Shown: positions 12,440 through 25,569, numbered from the stretch's first letter. The stretch is DNA of 64,000 bases from Dicyema japonicum (GCA_011109175.1 RDEW01000043.1:62001-126000), one strand, 5' to 3'. Numbers and translations: made by a program. Notes: generated from the sequence alone by a model not told the origin.

Positions 12440-14880
12440 AACCCAGGTTTTTTTAGCTCTAAATATGGAATTGCCGATAAGGAGAACATAGACATTGAAT
12501 CTCTCAAAGCCACCCAAACGCAATGTTTGCTCATTATTATAGGCCAAGATCATGACAAAGCATGTGCAACACGAAAAGTTAACAATCTAATTAACGTCGC
12601 CCATCTTTTTCGATCCGTTGCCATGTTCCGTAGCATATCTAGATCGTCCCCATCTTTAAGGCACTTTCCAATCGTCCTGAGATCTTCATATAGAATAACC
12701 GGCAGTGTTGTCCTCGGCAGGCCGTGGAAACGAGAAGCTTTTAAGACAAAATACTCCTTCATTGCTATGTTGGCAAAGGTCCCCATATCGTGGCGGAGTA
12801 TGTGTCCAAACAGCCTCCATCTTGAATCAGTAATATCACATGATATTGGCTCAGTTCCTGTTCTCTTGTATAAGATTTCGGACGGCATTTTGAAAAAGCT
12901 TCTGGAGGAAAGGAGTGCTCAAAGATAATTTCTGTGAAAAGAATTCAACTTTTCGAGTTCCTACCTTGTACATGCTGATGTACCGGAAATATATAATATG
13001 ATTGGCCTCACTAGGGCATTGTATAGTCTCATTCGAGTTTTAGGGTCAAGCCCTTTGTGCAGAAGCCAAGTCTTCTTCATTTTGTTGAAAGCGACATTAG
13101 TTACTGTTTTCATTCGTGTTATATCTTTGGAGTCACCGAGAAGAAATCCTAGTTTTTTTATCTACACCAGTGCGTCTCGGTCTTTTCCTCACTTCTTTTT
13201 AGCTCCGTGATTTCGGTTTTGTTTGTGTTTACTTTAAATGACTACTCTGCCATTTTATCAAGCATTTTCTCCAAAAGTGCAATTAACTCTTCTTTGTTAT
13301 TCAAAATAAAGTCCACGTCGTCCGCATATGCTATTATGTTCGTTCCTTCTCTGATATGAGGCTTCAAGTCTCGTAGAGCTGCCTCCAGATAAATAATGAA
13401 CAAAATCGGGATAATGGATCTCCTTGAGGGGTACCAATTGTCGTTTCAAATGTCTTCGATAAAGCTTTCCCAGTCCTGACCATCAAACTCGTGTCCGTCA
13501 AGAGTGTTCTGACCATTCTAATTGTTGAGCCTCCAAGAAGTGCTCCAGTATTTACAGCAGCTTGTTCCTGTTAACGAAATCAAAGGCCTTTGACATATCA
13601 ATCCCAGAATGGTTGTCGTTATTTTAAATTTTTTAACAGTCGCACTTCTCCATTTGTGGCTCTATATAACATCTGACGTTGATCTCCCTTTCCAAAAGCC
13701 ACTTTGATAAGCCGACAGGTACGAGTCTAGGCGTCCCTCCATTCTTTTAAGCGTAATATTGGCTAGTATCTTCCGTAATGTGTTGGTTAAGACCACTGGT
13801 TTTAGGTTCTCAACTTTTCCAGATTTTTTGTTTTGCTTCTTTACTGGCATCAATAGTCCTTCTCCAAGTAGCAAAGTGGGTCCTTTACTATTCGTTTCAT
13901 TTAGAATCCAGGAAATTATCTTGTATAGTTTTTGAGTTCCATATTTGAAAAATTTACCATTTAAGCCATCTGGCGGGACTCTTATTCAGTTAGAAACTTG
14001 CTGTCATCACTTCTTCCAGAGTTATTTCTTCGTCTAATTTTCCCTGATCCGTATTAATGGTGAGTTTTTTGCTATTTTTTGATACAAATTGTGCTTCAAA
14101 ATAATCCGCTATAAGTTCTGCAATTTCTTGTTGGTTAGCAATATGTTTTCCTTCTTTATCTCATAAAGTCAATGTTTTTTTTGGTAGTTTTCTGATTCGT
14201 CCGACAGCTTCATAAAACTTTGCATTGTCTTTAAGGCCTTCGATTTTCTCTATTTTTGTTATTGTTTCGTTTTTTAATATCCAACGTGCAGCTTTTCTTA
14301 TTTTCTTTTTGATGACTGTTCTTTCCTTTTGTAGCCGCTGTTTCGTATTTTTGTCATCTGTATTTAGACATTGTATCTATATCGCCTTTTGTTGATTAGC
14401 AAAGAGTTTCAAAGCGGTTGCTTCTTCAGTGGGTTTTAGTTACGTAGTCCTCTTTCAGGTATATATCCGCTACAATCATGATCTTCTGTTTGATCAAGGT
14501 CCACGCAATTTGCGGTGCCAAATCTACTGATATTTCTTCCAATCCCTCATCGAGGTATTTTCTGAATTCCTCTCCCTGGATAGTATTGTTCTTTAAATGG
14601 TCTAAAACGTATCCCTTCCCCGCAGTTCCGTGTGTCCATTGCACTTTCTTTTCATCCCTTGCAAACCCATAAGTTTCTTTAAGGACATTTTGGCAATAAC
14701 CATCTTGTGATCGCTGTCAATTATAGACCCTCCATAAGCACGGGCATCAGTGACAATACTGCGGTCTTTTTGTCTGCAAATAATGTAGTCTATTAGTCTA
14801 ATAATAGTAAGATAACTCCTCGGAGAGTTATGATCGTCCAATATTATTTGTAAAATCCCAATCCTTTTATTGATTGTCCA
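12440..14880 (-). mobile_element. RTE-clade LINE, 5'-truncated and frameshifted
   Basis: APE C-terminus (DYII...YGGSIIDSDH), RT (PDGLNG; LKPVVLTNTLRKIL; YQSGFWKGRSTSD; AYADDVD at ~13320) and the RTE-typical C-terminal WRLFGHILRHD. Confidence 0.85.
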
Positions 14881-14989
14881 ATAACGGTATATGCGCCGGA
14901 GTAGGTCCTTTCTTTTACAAGACAGAAATTTGTTCTTTTCTACGCCGGGGACTTATGTAACCATTTCAAGAAAAATAAAAAAACTTTAA

Positions 14990-15690
14990 ACCATCTGACC
15001 ACTCAGTTTGGTAGAATCTTAAACTGTGATTACGTCCGAAGACACAACAAAGTTGTAAGATGCTTATATCTCAGTCTATGCAAAGTATGTGGAATCAAAA
15101 AAGGTAGGTACATTCAGTTCAGTCAATTCTATAAACACAGAATTTTGAGATAAGAGTCGATACGTTGATTCTGACTGAAACGAAAACAGTTAACAAAACG
15201 GATATTTTTGTATATAACAAGGTCAAGAATGAGATAATGCCAATCGAAGTGGGAATTACATCTCAGGATAGCCCAAAACAGGTAGAATTTGAAAATGTCA
15301 CAGTAAGACCTCCTTGCAAGTGAGATTTCGCTTCTATTCGATTGTCATGTGAAGATTATCCCGCTGGTTGTGACCTGGGATGGAGTTGTCTCTAAGTGTT
15401 TCAAAATTTATATGGATAAACTATCTGTTGAAGGAGCACGAGGACTTACATCTAGTCAGTTGTGTTGAAAGGGACTCTCGAAAGCTTACTAATTGGGCAC
15501 AAACAGGGGATGAAGACTTTGGTTAAGGGTTCACCTCTGCTACATCTCAACTTGTGGAACTGATATGATGTGAGGATATCCCAATGGACTCTAACAGAGA
15601 TATTTTGACTGACCCTGGTGTGGAGATGGGAATAAGAGGGAGTTGATGGTACACTCTTCCTAAGAGAAGGAGAAGGATTTCCTGTGATTT
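14990..15690 (+). mobile_element. R4/Dong-like RLE retrotransposon 3' fragment
   Basis: The frameshifted translation gives DYVRRHNKVVRC, IEVGITSQD, IIPLVVTWDGVVSK and VVLKGTLES, the CCHC knuckle and PD-(D/E)xK endonuclease region. Confidence 0.75.
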
Positions 15691-15757
15691 GGGTTAAAAT
15701 TCACTTAATTAGAAAATTCACTCGTTTTACTTTATAACCACTTTTTAACAAAATAAT

Positions 15758-17664
15758 TTAAACCAATTCAGTATTAGTTTTCTGTGGATGGTTGTCCCTC
15801 ATTGCAAAAAATGCAATTGAAATAAAGTAGAACAGGCAAACTAAAAGTTATTATAACCCAAACGGATAGCCAAAAGGGACAAGTGTGCTATCCATGTCTC
15901 CTTGTCGACATAAACTAGTAAAATGAACATGAAGAAATTAGTCAAGATTGGCAGAAATGGTACTAACGGCGTCTATTTTATGAAGATAAAGTCACCATAT
16001 AAATTTTAGTATTTTTCATTTGCGGTAGTTTAAATAACACTAAAGTCGAGAAAACAACCAATAAAACGAGAAGACCGAGTATTGAGTAATAAATAATTTT
16101 GCCTGAAATTGGGTATCTTATAAGAATGGCGATTACAAGCGAACTGAGGACTATTCGAATTTATAATCAAAATACATGAAATGGTGGTCATTATCCTAGC
16201 AGTCTTCACCTCTCTGTTTGTAAGGACATTTATGACTCCACTATCTTCGTTTATCAAAACTGGTTTCTCTGAGTAACTACAAATTAGTAAACTCAACACC
16301 GAATATTAATCACCATTATCTCCAACATAAGAGTTGGTATTAGAACTGAGATCTCACTGATTCCAAGGGTTATATCCGTGGTCGTAAAAATCGACAAAAT
16401 CCCTTGAATAGATTGAAAACGACAAAACCAATGGCAAGACAAATAAACAGACTGATGTTCCTAATCATGATATCCCCATTCTCGTGGTACAGATATTTAC
16501 GAAATATTCCATTCAGACTCATGGAATATATCATATGTGACCCTGCTAAAACTGTGCCGTATAAACTTCCATAAATTATAATATTAACTTAGAGAAAAGT
16601 CCGCATATACATCCGACGGAGACTATGTAGCTCATTGCCTGATTTCCCTTTGACTGAAAGGCGATTGAATAAGGGGCTTTGACGTCGATATCGTAATATG
16701 GGAGCATCAATGAGATCACAGCTGTAGTTGCCACGTAGGCAATTGTAGCAAAGATTACTGTCACAATTGTACTTATTGGTATTGCCTTGTTTGGATTTAA
16801 CACATCCCCCGCTATAATTTAGCATATTATGTTTGAACCAATCATGGAAATTATATCAACCCCAACAAAGAGAAAAATCCCCCCAAAGATGCGACAAATA
16901 TTCCAGAAATCCCGTAAGGCATGAAACCACCGTCTCCTTTTCCAGAAATGTTCGGCTATGAGTGAGAAATTCAAAGTACAGGACTCAAATTCCAATTGTT
17001 AGTATCAATAAACTGAGATCCACCTATTATTACTGTCGACAGTACAATCAAGTTAATTAAAATCAATAAAATTGCAATTGACTGAGAATTTTTTGATTTG
17101 AACAAAAATAAAACTAAAAATAAGCTCAAATATACCAGATAGCAAAATACATAGGAACAAGGGCAGTGGGTCTAAAAACTCTGATAAGTACAGGGAATCG
17201 GGTAATTTAACAGTATAGAAGTAATTGGAAATAGAATTATTGCATAAAGAATCGATATAATATGACAATGACTTGGATACCGTGACTGCAGCTATTTACT
17301 ATATATTATGAATTTACCGAAGAGATACGAAATCACAAATTGTATTCCAATTACAAATCCTATCATTTCTCCATAAACGGCAGAACCAAATGCGTAAAAT
17401 GACCCTGAAAGTGGAACCCGTGTTCCAATCTCCGCATACATTAATCCTAAGCTATCTCAAAGTAAAACCCAATAAGATTATCATCAGTCCTGCAAATAAA
17501 AATGAAATCATTGAAGAAGGTCCAGCTTGCCTGTTGATCATTATCCCCGAAGCCATGTAAACCCCCGAGCCCATTATGCAACCGATAGCTAAGTTGTTAA
17601 TCACAATAAACTAATTATTGAAAGCTGCCAAACAGTTATGTAACGTTCCCTGTGCTGATGACAT
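15758..17664 (-). CDS. SLC7/CAT-family cationic amino-acid transporter
   Basis: Motifs LAIGCIMGSGVY..SG...AGPS..ISFLFAG, YAEIGTRVPLSGSFY, GGFMPYG..G...FFSFVGVD, NPNKAIP and the C-terminal TPLVPFLP...TW. Eleven GT-AG introns of 22-27 nt restore one frame: 17447-17468, 17292-17317, 17114-17135, 16956-16979, 16812-16838, 16566-16588, 16403-16428, 16277-16299, 16151-16175, 15973-15995 and 15841-15863. The first junction (~17590-17620) is unresolved. Confidence 0.9.
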
Positions 17665-18989
17665 GTATTTGGATCAAGTTTTTTTGTTAAGGCAAATATA
17701 ATTTTGTTCATAGCAAATAAATATTTTAAGAGTTAATTTCTAATTTTGTGAATAACTTGGTATATAAATGTGATAAACCGTAGATTGATTAGATTGTGAG
17801 ATAATCAATTTTTTTCTTTTATTGGAACAGTGTATAATAGACTGAGTTGACGAAAAGTAAAAAATAATCCTATTGATCGCTCATTTTTATAATCTACTTC
17901 TTGAAGTCGATATGGTTGTTTACAATAGTGGTTGCCCTGTTTGAAGCATTGTGGTTAACTGTTATCACCCGACCATGAAATGACGAGATATGGTGAATTT
18001 GAAAAGTCTTCAATTGAATTTTACTGGATGTATCTCAACTTTATCTGAGTAGGGCTGAAATAGGGAATCTGAACTTCAAATGGATTAATACGGAGAGATT
18101 TATAGTTTATAAAAAATATATATTTTCCTTCCTTTCGATGGAGTCATTGGATCCACCTTACTGAGGAGACCCCGAATGCTTGGCCGGCATCAAAAGGATC
18201 CAACTATCCTTCCCCAGGGGACAATGTCGTTACCTGGAGACGAGTTCTGGAATGCTGGAACGAGTCAGGATCAAGGAGTTAGTTAGTTTGGTTACCCTTT
18301 GTCTTTGAAATGGAATAAATTTAATTTAATGTGTAGCTGGGATGCAAGGCGTTTTATTTACTTATTTAAAATTTAAGGAGACCAACCGTTTGTTCAGTTA
18401 GCTTAACGCAATTGCTTGAAATTTAAGCTGGTGAAATTGCTCTGGTCTATATGGGGTACCTTTAGTACATTTAATATCTTCATCTCCTCAAGGTGGATGC
18501 AATCTCTCGTCCACTTTTTAATGGATTTGGGAGATATCAGATACTCAAATTTTTGGAATCGGAGAACCATCGGATGCACTAACGTCTTGGCTCGAATCCC
18601 GTCTTCCCCAAATTGGGGGATTTTTGATAGTCTACATTGGGGAAACACTTTGTTATTTAAAAATTTATTAACTCAAATACACCGAGAAAGAAGTTAACAA
18701 TTAACAACTAAAGTATCCAATTCAAACTTTTCCAGATGCAGAGAAACTTACAAATTTAAACACAAGTCCATCCAAAAACAGCCAAAATGGTAGAAAGCAT
18801 CCAGTCCTTATAGTGTGGGAACTTCTCCCCCCAATGGTATGGGAGAAAGCAAATTATTTTTTGTCACACTGGCACTTTGCGTCACCTAAGACAAATAAAT
18901 AAAGTGATGCTACTCTAGTGGAACGAGGGAAGATTAAAAACAGAGGAAAAGAAATAGATAATATTAAATTTAACGATTATTTGAACTTA

Positions 18990-19780
18990 TTTTGCTAAGG
19001 AAGTTTATCTGCATTTTGTGCAGTTAGATTTTCTGTTCTATTTTTGAAATGTCGGAAATGAGTTATCTCTTTCTGTAAGGTGTTGATAAGATCGGATTTT
19101 CTTGATCTTGATTTTAGAGCGTACTTACGGTTTTTGAGCACTTTTCTGCGGTATTTCAAATTACTTTCTTCTGCATATTTATACTCCACCAACATGCTCT
19201 CCAACGTCATCTTGAGGACAACAGATTGAATGTATGTACTAGTTGGTGCATTGATTGCGATGACTTCCAAGTGAGATTTATAAGCCTTCGAAACAACATC
19301 GTCCCACTGTAGGAAACTTGGACGCCTAGCTACACTAAAAATCCACGACGCACGTGAGACTCGATGGCTTCTCCAGCTGATCTTTGTTGCGATCTCAAGA
19401 GGCAACTCAACGTCGATCATGTCGGCGGGGACCACTTTTGATTGACTTTTGTGTTTTGTTTTTTAATGTTTATTCTTCACCTTATTGTGGACAAAAATAT
19501 CAGGTTTATTAAACCTGTCCTGAATATCTGTTTTTATGGATGTGTCCACCCAGATTTCAACTCTGGTATTGACTATGGTATTGACAGAATGCGTCTTCAG
19601 TCTCTTTAACTTCTTGATGTCGTACATTCTACACAAGTGCAATTGTATGCATCTGACCCTTCATCGTGTCCTTATACGCAAAAAAACAGATTCCTGTTTT
19701 GAAGAAGACAATGCAAAGCCTCTGATCTCAGAATATTGTTTCCACTGACGTACCAATCAGCGGATCCAATAACATCAATA
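18990..19780 (-). mobile_element. R4/Dong-like RLE retrotransposon 3' fragment interrupted by an antisense CRE 3' end
   Basis: Reads ...RCIQLHLCRMYDIKK...VDTSIKTDIQ..NKPDIFV and WDDVVSK...YIQSVVLKMTLES, the same family as 14990-15690. Confidence 0.75.
19312..19445 (+). mobile_element. CRE-like 3'-end fragment inserted in the R4-like element
   Basis: The plus strand encodes RKLGRLATLKIHDARETRWLLQLIFVAISRGNSTSIMS, a CRE C-terminus. Confidence 0.7.
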
Positions 19781-21229
19781 TTTTCATTTTCGCAACAATT
19801 ATAAATAGAGTAGAACTTATGATTGCTTAAATACATTTGCAGCATTGAGTTTCGTGTACACCAATCTCACGATCCTCTTCTTTCAAGTTTTCCGGGATCG
19901 TTCTCGAAACATCATACTTTATGACGTTGATGCACCAACAACTTCCTAAGTGGACGAAGGGGACGTGTATGCCTCGGAGGACTGAAATCTATCTCACGTC
20001 TCCTCTCCAACGGAGTCCCTCAAGGATCTCTTTTATCACCTGATAGTGTGCATAAACATTACGATTTTTTAATTATCAATTATATAAAAGATTTAAATTT
20101 TTTATCTTACTAGAAAAACTAATTGGTTATTTTACAAAAAATATAAGAAAGAATATTTTTAGTCAAATAAAATTAATCAAATTAAAATTGGTCTTCAACG
20201 TGGAAGTATTCTCCTTTCCAATTTTTTCTAAAAATGGACCTTTTCCGTATACTCTGTAAACGTATGTCCCGTCAAGATTTACCTATACGACGTGTTCTCT
20301 GAGCTTACTTCTTCTTTTTTAATAAAATAAGCTATGAATTTTTCATATAATAATCTCATTAGCTCAACAAAAGCATCAAGTAAAACTTGAGGTGCAGGGG
20401 ATAAAACATCAAGAAAATGAGGTGCAGGGCATATTAGTATTAAAAAGTACTCCCGAGAAAAAATAAAATTAGTTAAGTTTGATGCACCATGAATGCAATA
20501 AATATGTTAACGTCGATATCCTCGATGGATAGTTACTTAAAAAGTATAGATAAACTTCTATATCCAACATGTTTGGGTATTCTAAATTATAGTGGTTACC
20601 CAACCGGTCAATTTAACAATTTTTCATTCATGCTCTTTCTCTTTTATAGGCGTTCAGGAAGACTTAACTGCTACTTCCTGTTTATTATTATTAGCACTTT
20701 CCAAACCAACCAAACCAATTTATTTTAATAAAAATTAAGGAGTTTGTTTTAGTGATATTTAAACGTGTCCGCCTATGCGTCCTGGACACTTCTGATGCAC
20801 CCTGTCTCTATTTTAATTTCGTCCTAATGTTGGATCCAACAAATCCTGCCCTTATATCCAGAGCGTAGTAGGTACAAAGCTAGTAAGCCCTCTCCAGTTA
20901 GTTCTTCCTTACTAGGTCCTTCCCCAGTATGTTTTTTCTACAGTGTCCCAAAGCCGCCTTCTAGGGACCAATAATGTGGTTAACAAAGTCTTGCGTAGAA
21001 CTCAATTCGAATGTAGGAACATTTGGTATGGGTACCCCCGGTTGGTCCCAACTCCAGTATATACTTCTACGATAGTCCCAGGTCCTGTAGGGATCAAAGT
21101 CCGGAAGATGACAAAGTTCCGTGTAGACCCGGATTCGAATGTAGGGATTCAATTGTTGTGGGTACCAGGTCCAACTTGGAGAATATCTAGAGATTTTTGA
21201 CCCTTTGTCTACTGCGCCTTTCAATAGGT

Positions 21230-21610
21230 TTTCTTCGTAATATTGAATATATCCTTCCAACTTGTTATATGCTTCTCCACCGTATAATGGGTTCCTTCGT
21301 AATTGTGAATATATTTTTTCCGACTTGTGATATGCTTCTCCACCGTATAATGGGTTCCTTCGTATTGTGAATATATTCTTCCGACTTGTGATATGCTTCT
21401 CCCACCGTATAATGGGTTCCTTCGTAATTGTGAATATATTTTTCCGACTTGTGATATGCTTCTCCACCGTATAATGGGTTCCTTCGTAATTGTGAATATA
21501 TTTTTCCGACTTGTGATATGCTTCTCCACCGTATAATGGGTTCCTTCGTAATTGTGAATATATCCTTCCGACTTGTGATATGTTTCTCCACAATGTAATG
21601 GGTTCCTTCG
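21230..21610. repeat. 62-bp minisatellite (~6 units) with adjoining degenerate 39-bp units at 21660-21830
   Basis: The unit ttccttcgtaattgtgaatatatttttccgacttgtgatatgcttctccaccgtataatggg recurs at 21292, 21355, 21417, 21479, 21541 and 21603. There are no spacers. Confidence 0.9.
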
Positions 21611-21899
21611 TTTGTAATGTTATTTGTCTTGAGGAGATTCACTCGGAGTAAATAGGTTCCTTCGTCTTGTAGTATGGCTCTTGTAATGTGTATCTTCGGA
21701 TCGTCTTGTAAAATGACCCTTGTGATGTGTGTTTTCACATGAAAGCAGCACCAACGTCCGTCTTGTAATATGGCCCTTGTAATGTGTATCTCCAGATCGT
21801 CTTGTAATATGGCCTTGTATTGTTTATCTTGGCATTGAAACTCTTTCGACTTGCGAACACGTAAGTAGCATCAATGGTCTTGGCACCAGCCAATGGTCT

Positions 21900-22300
21900 T
21901 GGAACAAGCACCGACGACCCACATTAGCACTTTCACGAGAGCCATAATATTTATAGCTTCGCATGTGCAGCAAAAATATAAGAGAAAGAGTTAGTTTGTT
22001 CTAAGCTTTTCTGTTCTTAGCCAGATCCCTCAGTGTGTCTAGGTCATCAGCAGATGACAATGTTTTTTTAACACCTTTCAGATCACCTTGTAAAACGACC
22101 GGGAGGGTTGTTCTTCACGAAAGCGTTTTGCATGGAAGGAGTAGTAATCTTCCATGGCAATATTCGGGGGGATGTCTGGTTCAACCTCAGGACTTTTCCA
22201 AATAGTCTCCAACGAAAGCATCTCGAGACTTATTCGTTTACAATCACACATATTGTACAGTACTTTCCGCAAGATCTTGGATGGCCAGGACATCTAATCT
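21900..22300 (-). mobile_element. RTE-clade 3' fragment
   Basis: NIAMEDY...AKRF...LSSADDLDTLRDLAKNRK matches the C-terminus of the 12440-14880 element. The tail gctataaatattatggctctcgtgaa recurs at ~33790-33845. Confidence 0.7.
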
Positions 22301-22489
22301 CTTAGTTAAGTAACAAACCACCTACTCTCAATGGACAATCTAAAAATATTCTTTCAAAATGAAGACATAACGATGATGATGAAGGGAGTTACTACTTTAT
22401 TTGAAGACGTTTGACTTGAACTAAATGTCAAAAAGTCTGCTACTGATGTGATATGTGTGGGATTCCGAAGAATCTTAATAAACAAAGAG

Positions 22490-22990
22490 ATTGGGACGAA
22501 CTTCTATACTCAAAGACAATTGATGAGATAAAACCTGGACTTGACCAGCATCGTCTAACATTTCTGCATCGACGAAATAAATCAATGCATGGCTCAGCAT
22601 TCCCCTGCACTCATTTGGAACACTATTAGATGACAACGCCACCATAGTTGTGGTTTAGTTCCCCATCGCTGTAGATGTGAAAGAATGGTCGACACTAAAG
22701 GTCTTCACGCTCTCTTTTGCCGGAGAAGTGCCCAGTCAACAAAAGGCTTTATTGAACGACTAACTTCTCATGGGAAAGTGGTAGATAGCTCACTTAGAAC
22801 GCCACCTGTATGGATAACCTCTCTCCCACTAACATTGCTATGACTGCAATCTACTCAGGTTCAGCCTCAAAAAAGGCTGAGACCCTAAAGATGAAGAAAT
22901 ACGAATATTTTGGTGGATAGTTCATTTTTGAATCAGTCGCCAGGAAACGTCAGGGATCATAGAAAGCAGATTACTGACACTGCTAAACAA
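22490..22990 (+). mobile_element. CRE-like 3' fragment, degenerate
   Basis: Reads AWLSIPLHSFGTLLDDN, HALFCRRS, KKAETLKMKKYE and a QITD-type terminal motif. Confidence 0.65.
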
Positions 22991-23459
22991 AATCAGATTA
23001 CTTATCGCGAAGAGTAAAAATGATAGAAAAAGGAACTAGTTTATTGAGCGTATTCCTGTGATCGTTACTGTTATTTTAATAAATTGACCAAAAACATCAT
23101 CCGATTTATCTGAAACCTAGAAACAGAGAACTCTGCCTACAAAAAAGAGAAGCTTGGAGAAGGATTGATTTCTATTAGCATTAAAAGACGAATTAACTCT
23201 ATCAATTTGTTTTTTTAATTCTTTAAAATTGAAATGAATTTGTGTATTATTTTCCTAATAGAAAATTGACTAACTCTTCATAGGACTGGTCTTGAATGGA
23301 GACCAAATTCTCTACTGGAACGCGGTAAAATATTGGGTGTCACCTTTTACTTCCAATGATGACTTCGGACATCATGTGAGCAACGTATGGTCTTCTTGTC
23401 AAAACACAACTTCTTAAAGTCATTTTTTGGATAATGAAATATTCTTTATCCTAAAAATT

Positions 23460-24410
23460 AGGTTTGCTTCTAAACATTTACTTTGACGTGCCGAGGTGGA
23501 ATCAATGCAAGCTTCCAACACGCCTCGGAGGCACAGGTCTCAGGTCGGCGTTGGAGATCGCCTTTCCAGCATATGTATCATCGCTCTCAAGCAGAAGCCT
23601 TTTGGTCCAAGATATTCTACGTTTCCAATCGGACTTTTTGGGAAAAAGTCTTAGACAAAGCTCGTCGCGAATGATGTGAAACTGATTTGGATACGACGAA
23701 CGATCCTTCGAGCCAACGAAATGGGATGAGATCTACTCCAAAAATATCTTCGACGTGCTAAAGTCTGAGGCCAACAAGCATCGTCTTGCATGCCTCGTGA
23801 CTGCCGCCAACCATGGGAGGGGAGCGTGACTGGATGCACTCCCGTGTTCTTCCCTGGGGACCCTTTTGGACGATGACTGTATTCGGATTGTGATCGCACA
23901 ACGCCTGGGAGTTGATGTTTGCGTCGAACACCAATGTCGTTGTGGAGGGATCGTCGATGCCAAAGGGCTGCAAAAGGAGTGCGGGCAGAGCACCCCGCCA
24001 TACTGTATGAACAACATTGTCATGCGTGCTCTTGATGCTGCAGGCTTCCTGGCAGTACTGGAGCCCGTGGGATTGGATCGCGGAGACGGGAACAGACCGG
24101 ATGGGTTAACTATCTTTCCGTTCACGCAGTCTGCTGGATCTGCTGGATCGGCAGCCGATCTGGCTGAGAAAATCAAGATCAAAAAATATGGCGGAATTGG
24201 AGACCGCTACCGTTTTGTACCGGTGGCAATCGAGACGCCTGGTGCGGCGGAAGTATCACAGCCTCTTTCTTGAAGGAAATCGAGGGAGAAATTGGCCCAC
24301 CGTAAGAAAGACGTGCGGGAAGCGGTCTGGCTGAGGCAACGAATTGTGATCGCAGTTGTCCGCGGAAACGCTTACTCCGTAATGTCAGCAGCCGCTCTCC
24401 CCCATAGTTA
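23460..24410 (+). mobile_element. CRE-like 3' half
   Basis: WNQCKLPTRLGGTGLRS, LDDDCIRIVIAQRLGVDVCVEHQCRCGG, LEPVGLDRGDGNRPDGLTIFPF and KYGGIGDRYRFVPVAIET. Confidence 0.85.
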
Positions 24411-25101
24411 ATAAATATTATTTTATTGTTAAATGAAATAATAAATAAATTCTTTGTTAAATCTAGCAATTGATATCTTGTTACTATGGAAACACGTAAA
24501 AAACAGGTTGCCCATAGGCATCAAGCCACCCATGTGACATGTTGTATGTTAATAAGGATGGCGGAAGAAACTTATTTCACTGTAGAAGACGCAGCTAACA
24601 GATTCAAATTATATTTTAGTAACGATCTATGCGGAATTAGGAATTATCTGAAATTTACTCTCTAGGCTCAAACACCAAAACATCTATGTAGCACTTAAGA
24701 TCTCCCATGTGGGATGTACATGCATTGTCGTATTCACTACTTCATGTTGTACATTGACTGCTCATTCTGATTCCTCAAATTTGGAGTCTAAAATACAGGG
24801 GAAGTCAATAAATAATCAGCACTTGAAGATCGTTTTTGTTTCACCCCAATCGCCTTCAAAACTTTGGAGAGGTTGATAAAGAGTCATCAATAAGATATAG
24901 AATACATGCACGACGCGACTTAGGGATCCCCACGAACGAAAATTAAAATCATGTCTTTTAGCAATTGGAGCCTGATTTGTTGCTATGTTTTAAATTTCAC
25001 TATACAAACTAGATTTCATGATTTTTCATTCAAAATGAAACTAAAGGAATTCAACAAAATTTTCATTTTAAGTCATTTTTTATAACTTGCGTATAAATTC
25101 T

Positions 25102-25569
25102 TCAATATCCCCATTTCTCCTTGATATGACGATCATTGAAGTCGTTATTGATGTATAAGTGATTGAAAAGACCTCCTAAATGTAAAAATGAATGAACTCA
25201 GCATTTTCTTCTCCAGTATAAATACACTGCAAATAATATTAATACCAATATTATTACGACTGAAACCAAAAGCAGCTTGAGCTGTGAGAAAGCGGTAAAT
25301 ATATTATTCGAGTTGACTACAAATATTTCGTACTAAAACATTTGAAAGGGATATATTCCTTCACATTCAAATGTGCTCTCAAGATTATGTACTGGCACTG
25401 ATCTCCGGCGTATATGTAGCTCGCGTTTTTTATCTTACATCTAACGAAAGGGCAAAGACAATTACTTGCAAAAATTTGAATTTCCTATTACAACGGAGGT
25501 TCCGTTATTTTTGCAAAAACTAGATTTGTTGCGGTGGACAAAATTTGAAAAATTGTTCCTTAATGTCAT
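25102..25569 (-). CDS. EGF-like single-pass membrane protein (ErbB-ligand-like architecture); N-terminus unresolved
   Basis: The spliced product reads SFCKNNGTSVVIGNSNFCK|CKIKNASYIYAGDQCQY...LLLVSVVIILVLILFAVYLYWRRK. Introns are at 25441-25465 (25 nt, inside C-x-C) and 25317-25339 (23 nt), plus 25176-25197 (22 nt, which needs one extra A). Confidence 0.6.

Noticed and set aside
12425-12928. 167-aa plus-strand ORF and similar antisense ORFs (e.g. 37418-37744, 36697-37077)
   Set aside because: These are shadow ORFs opposite LINE coding sequence.
18380-18900. Possible spliced gene on the minus strand
   Set aside because: No consistent set of micro-introns gave a long frame or a recognisable motif.
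19500-19780. Cys/His-rich segment as a Fanzor/TnpB-like nuclease
   Set aside because: It is the zinc knuckle and RLE region of the R4-like element. I saw no RuvC motifs anywhere in the window.
21230-21610. CRISPR-like array
   Set aside because: The units are contiguous near-identical 62-mers with no unique spacers, there are no cas genes, and the context is eukaryotic.
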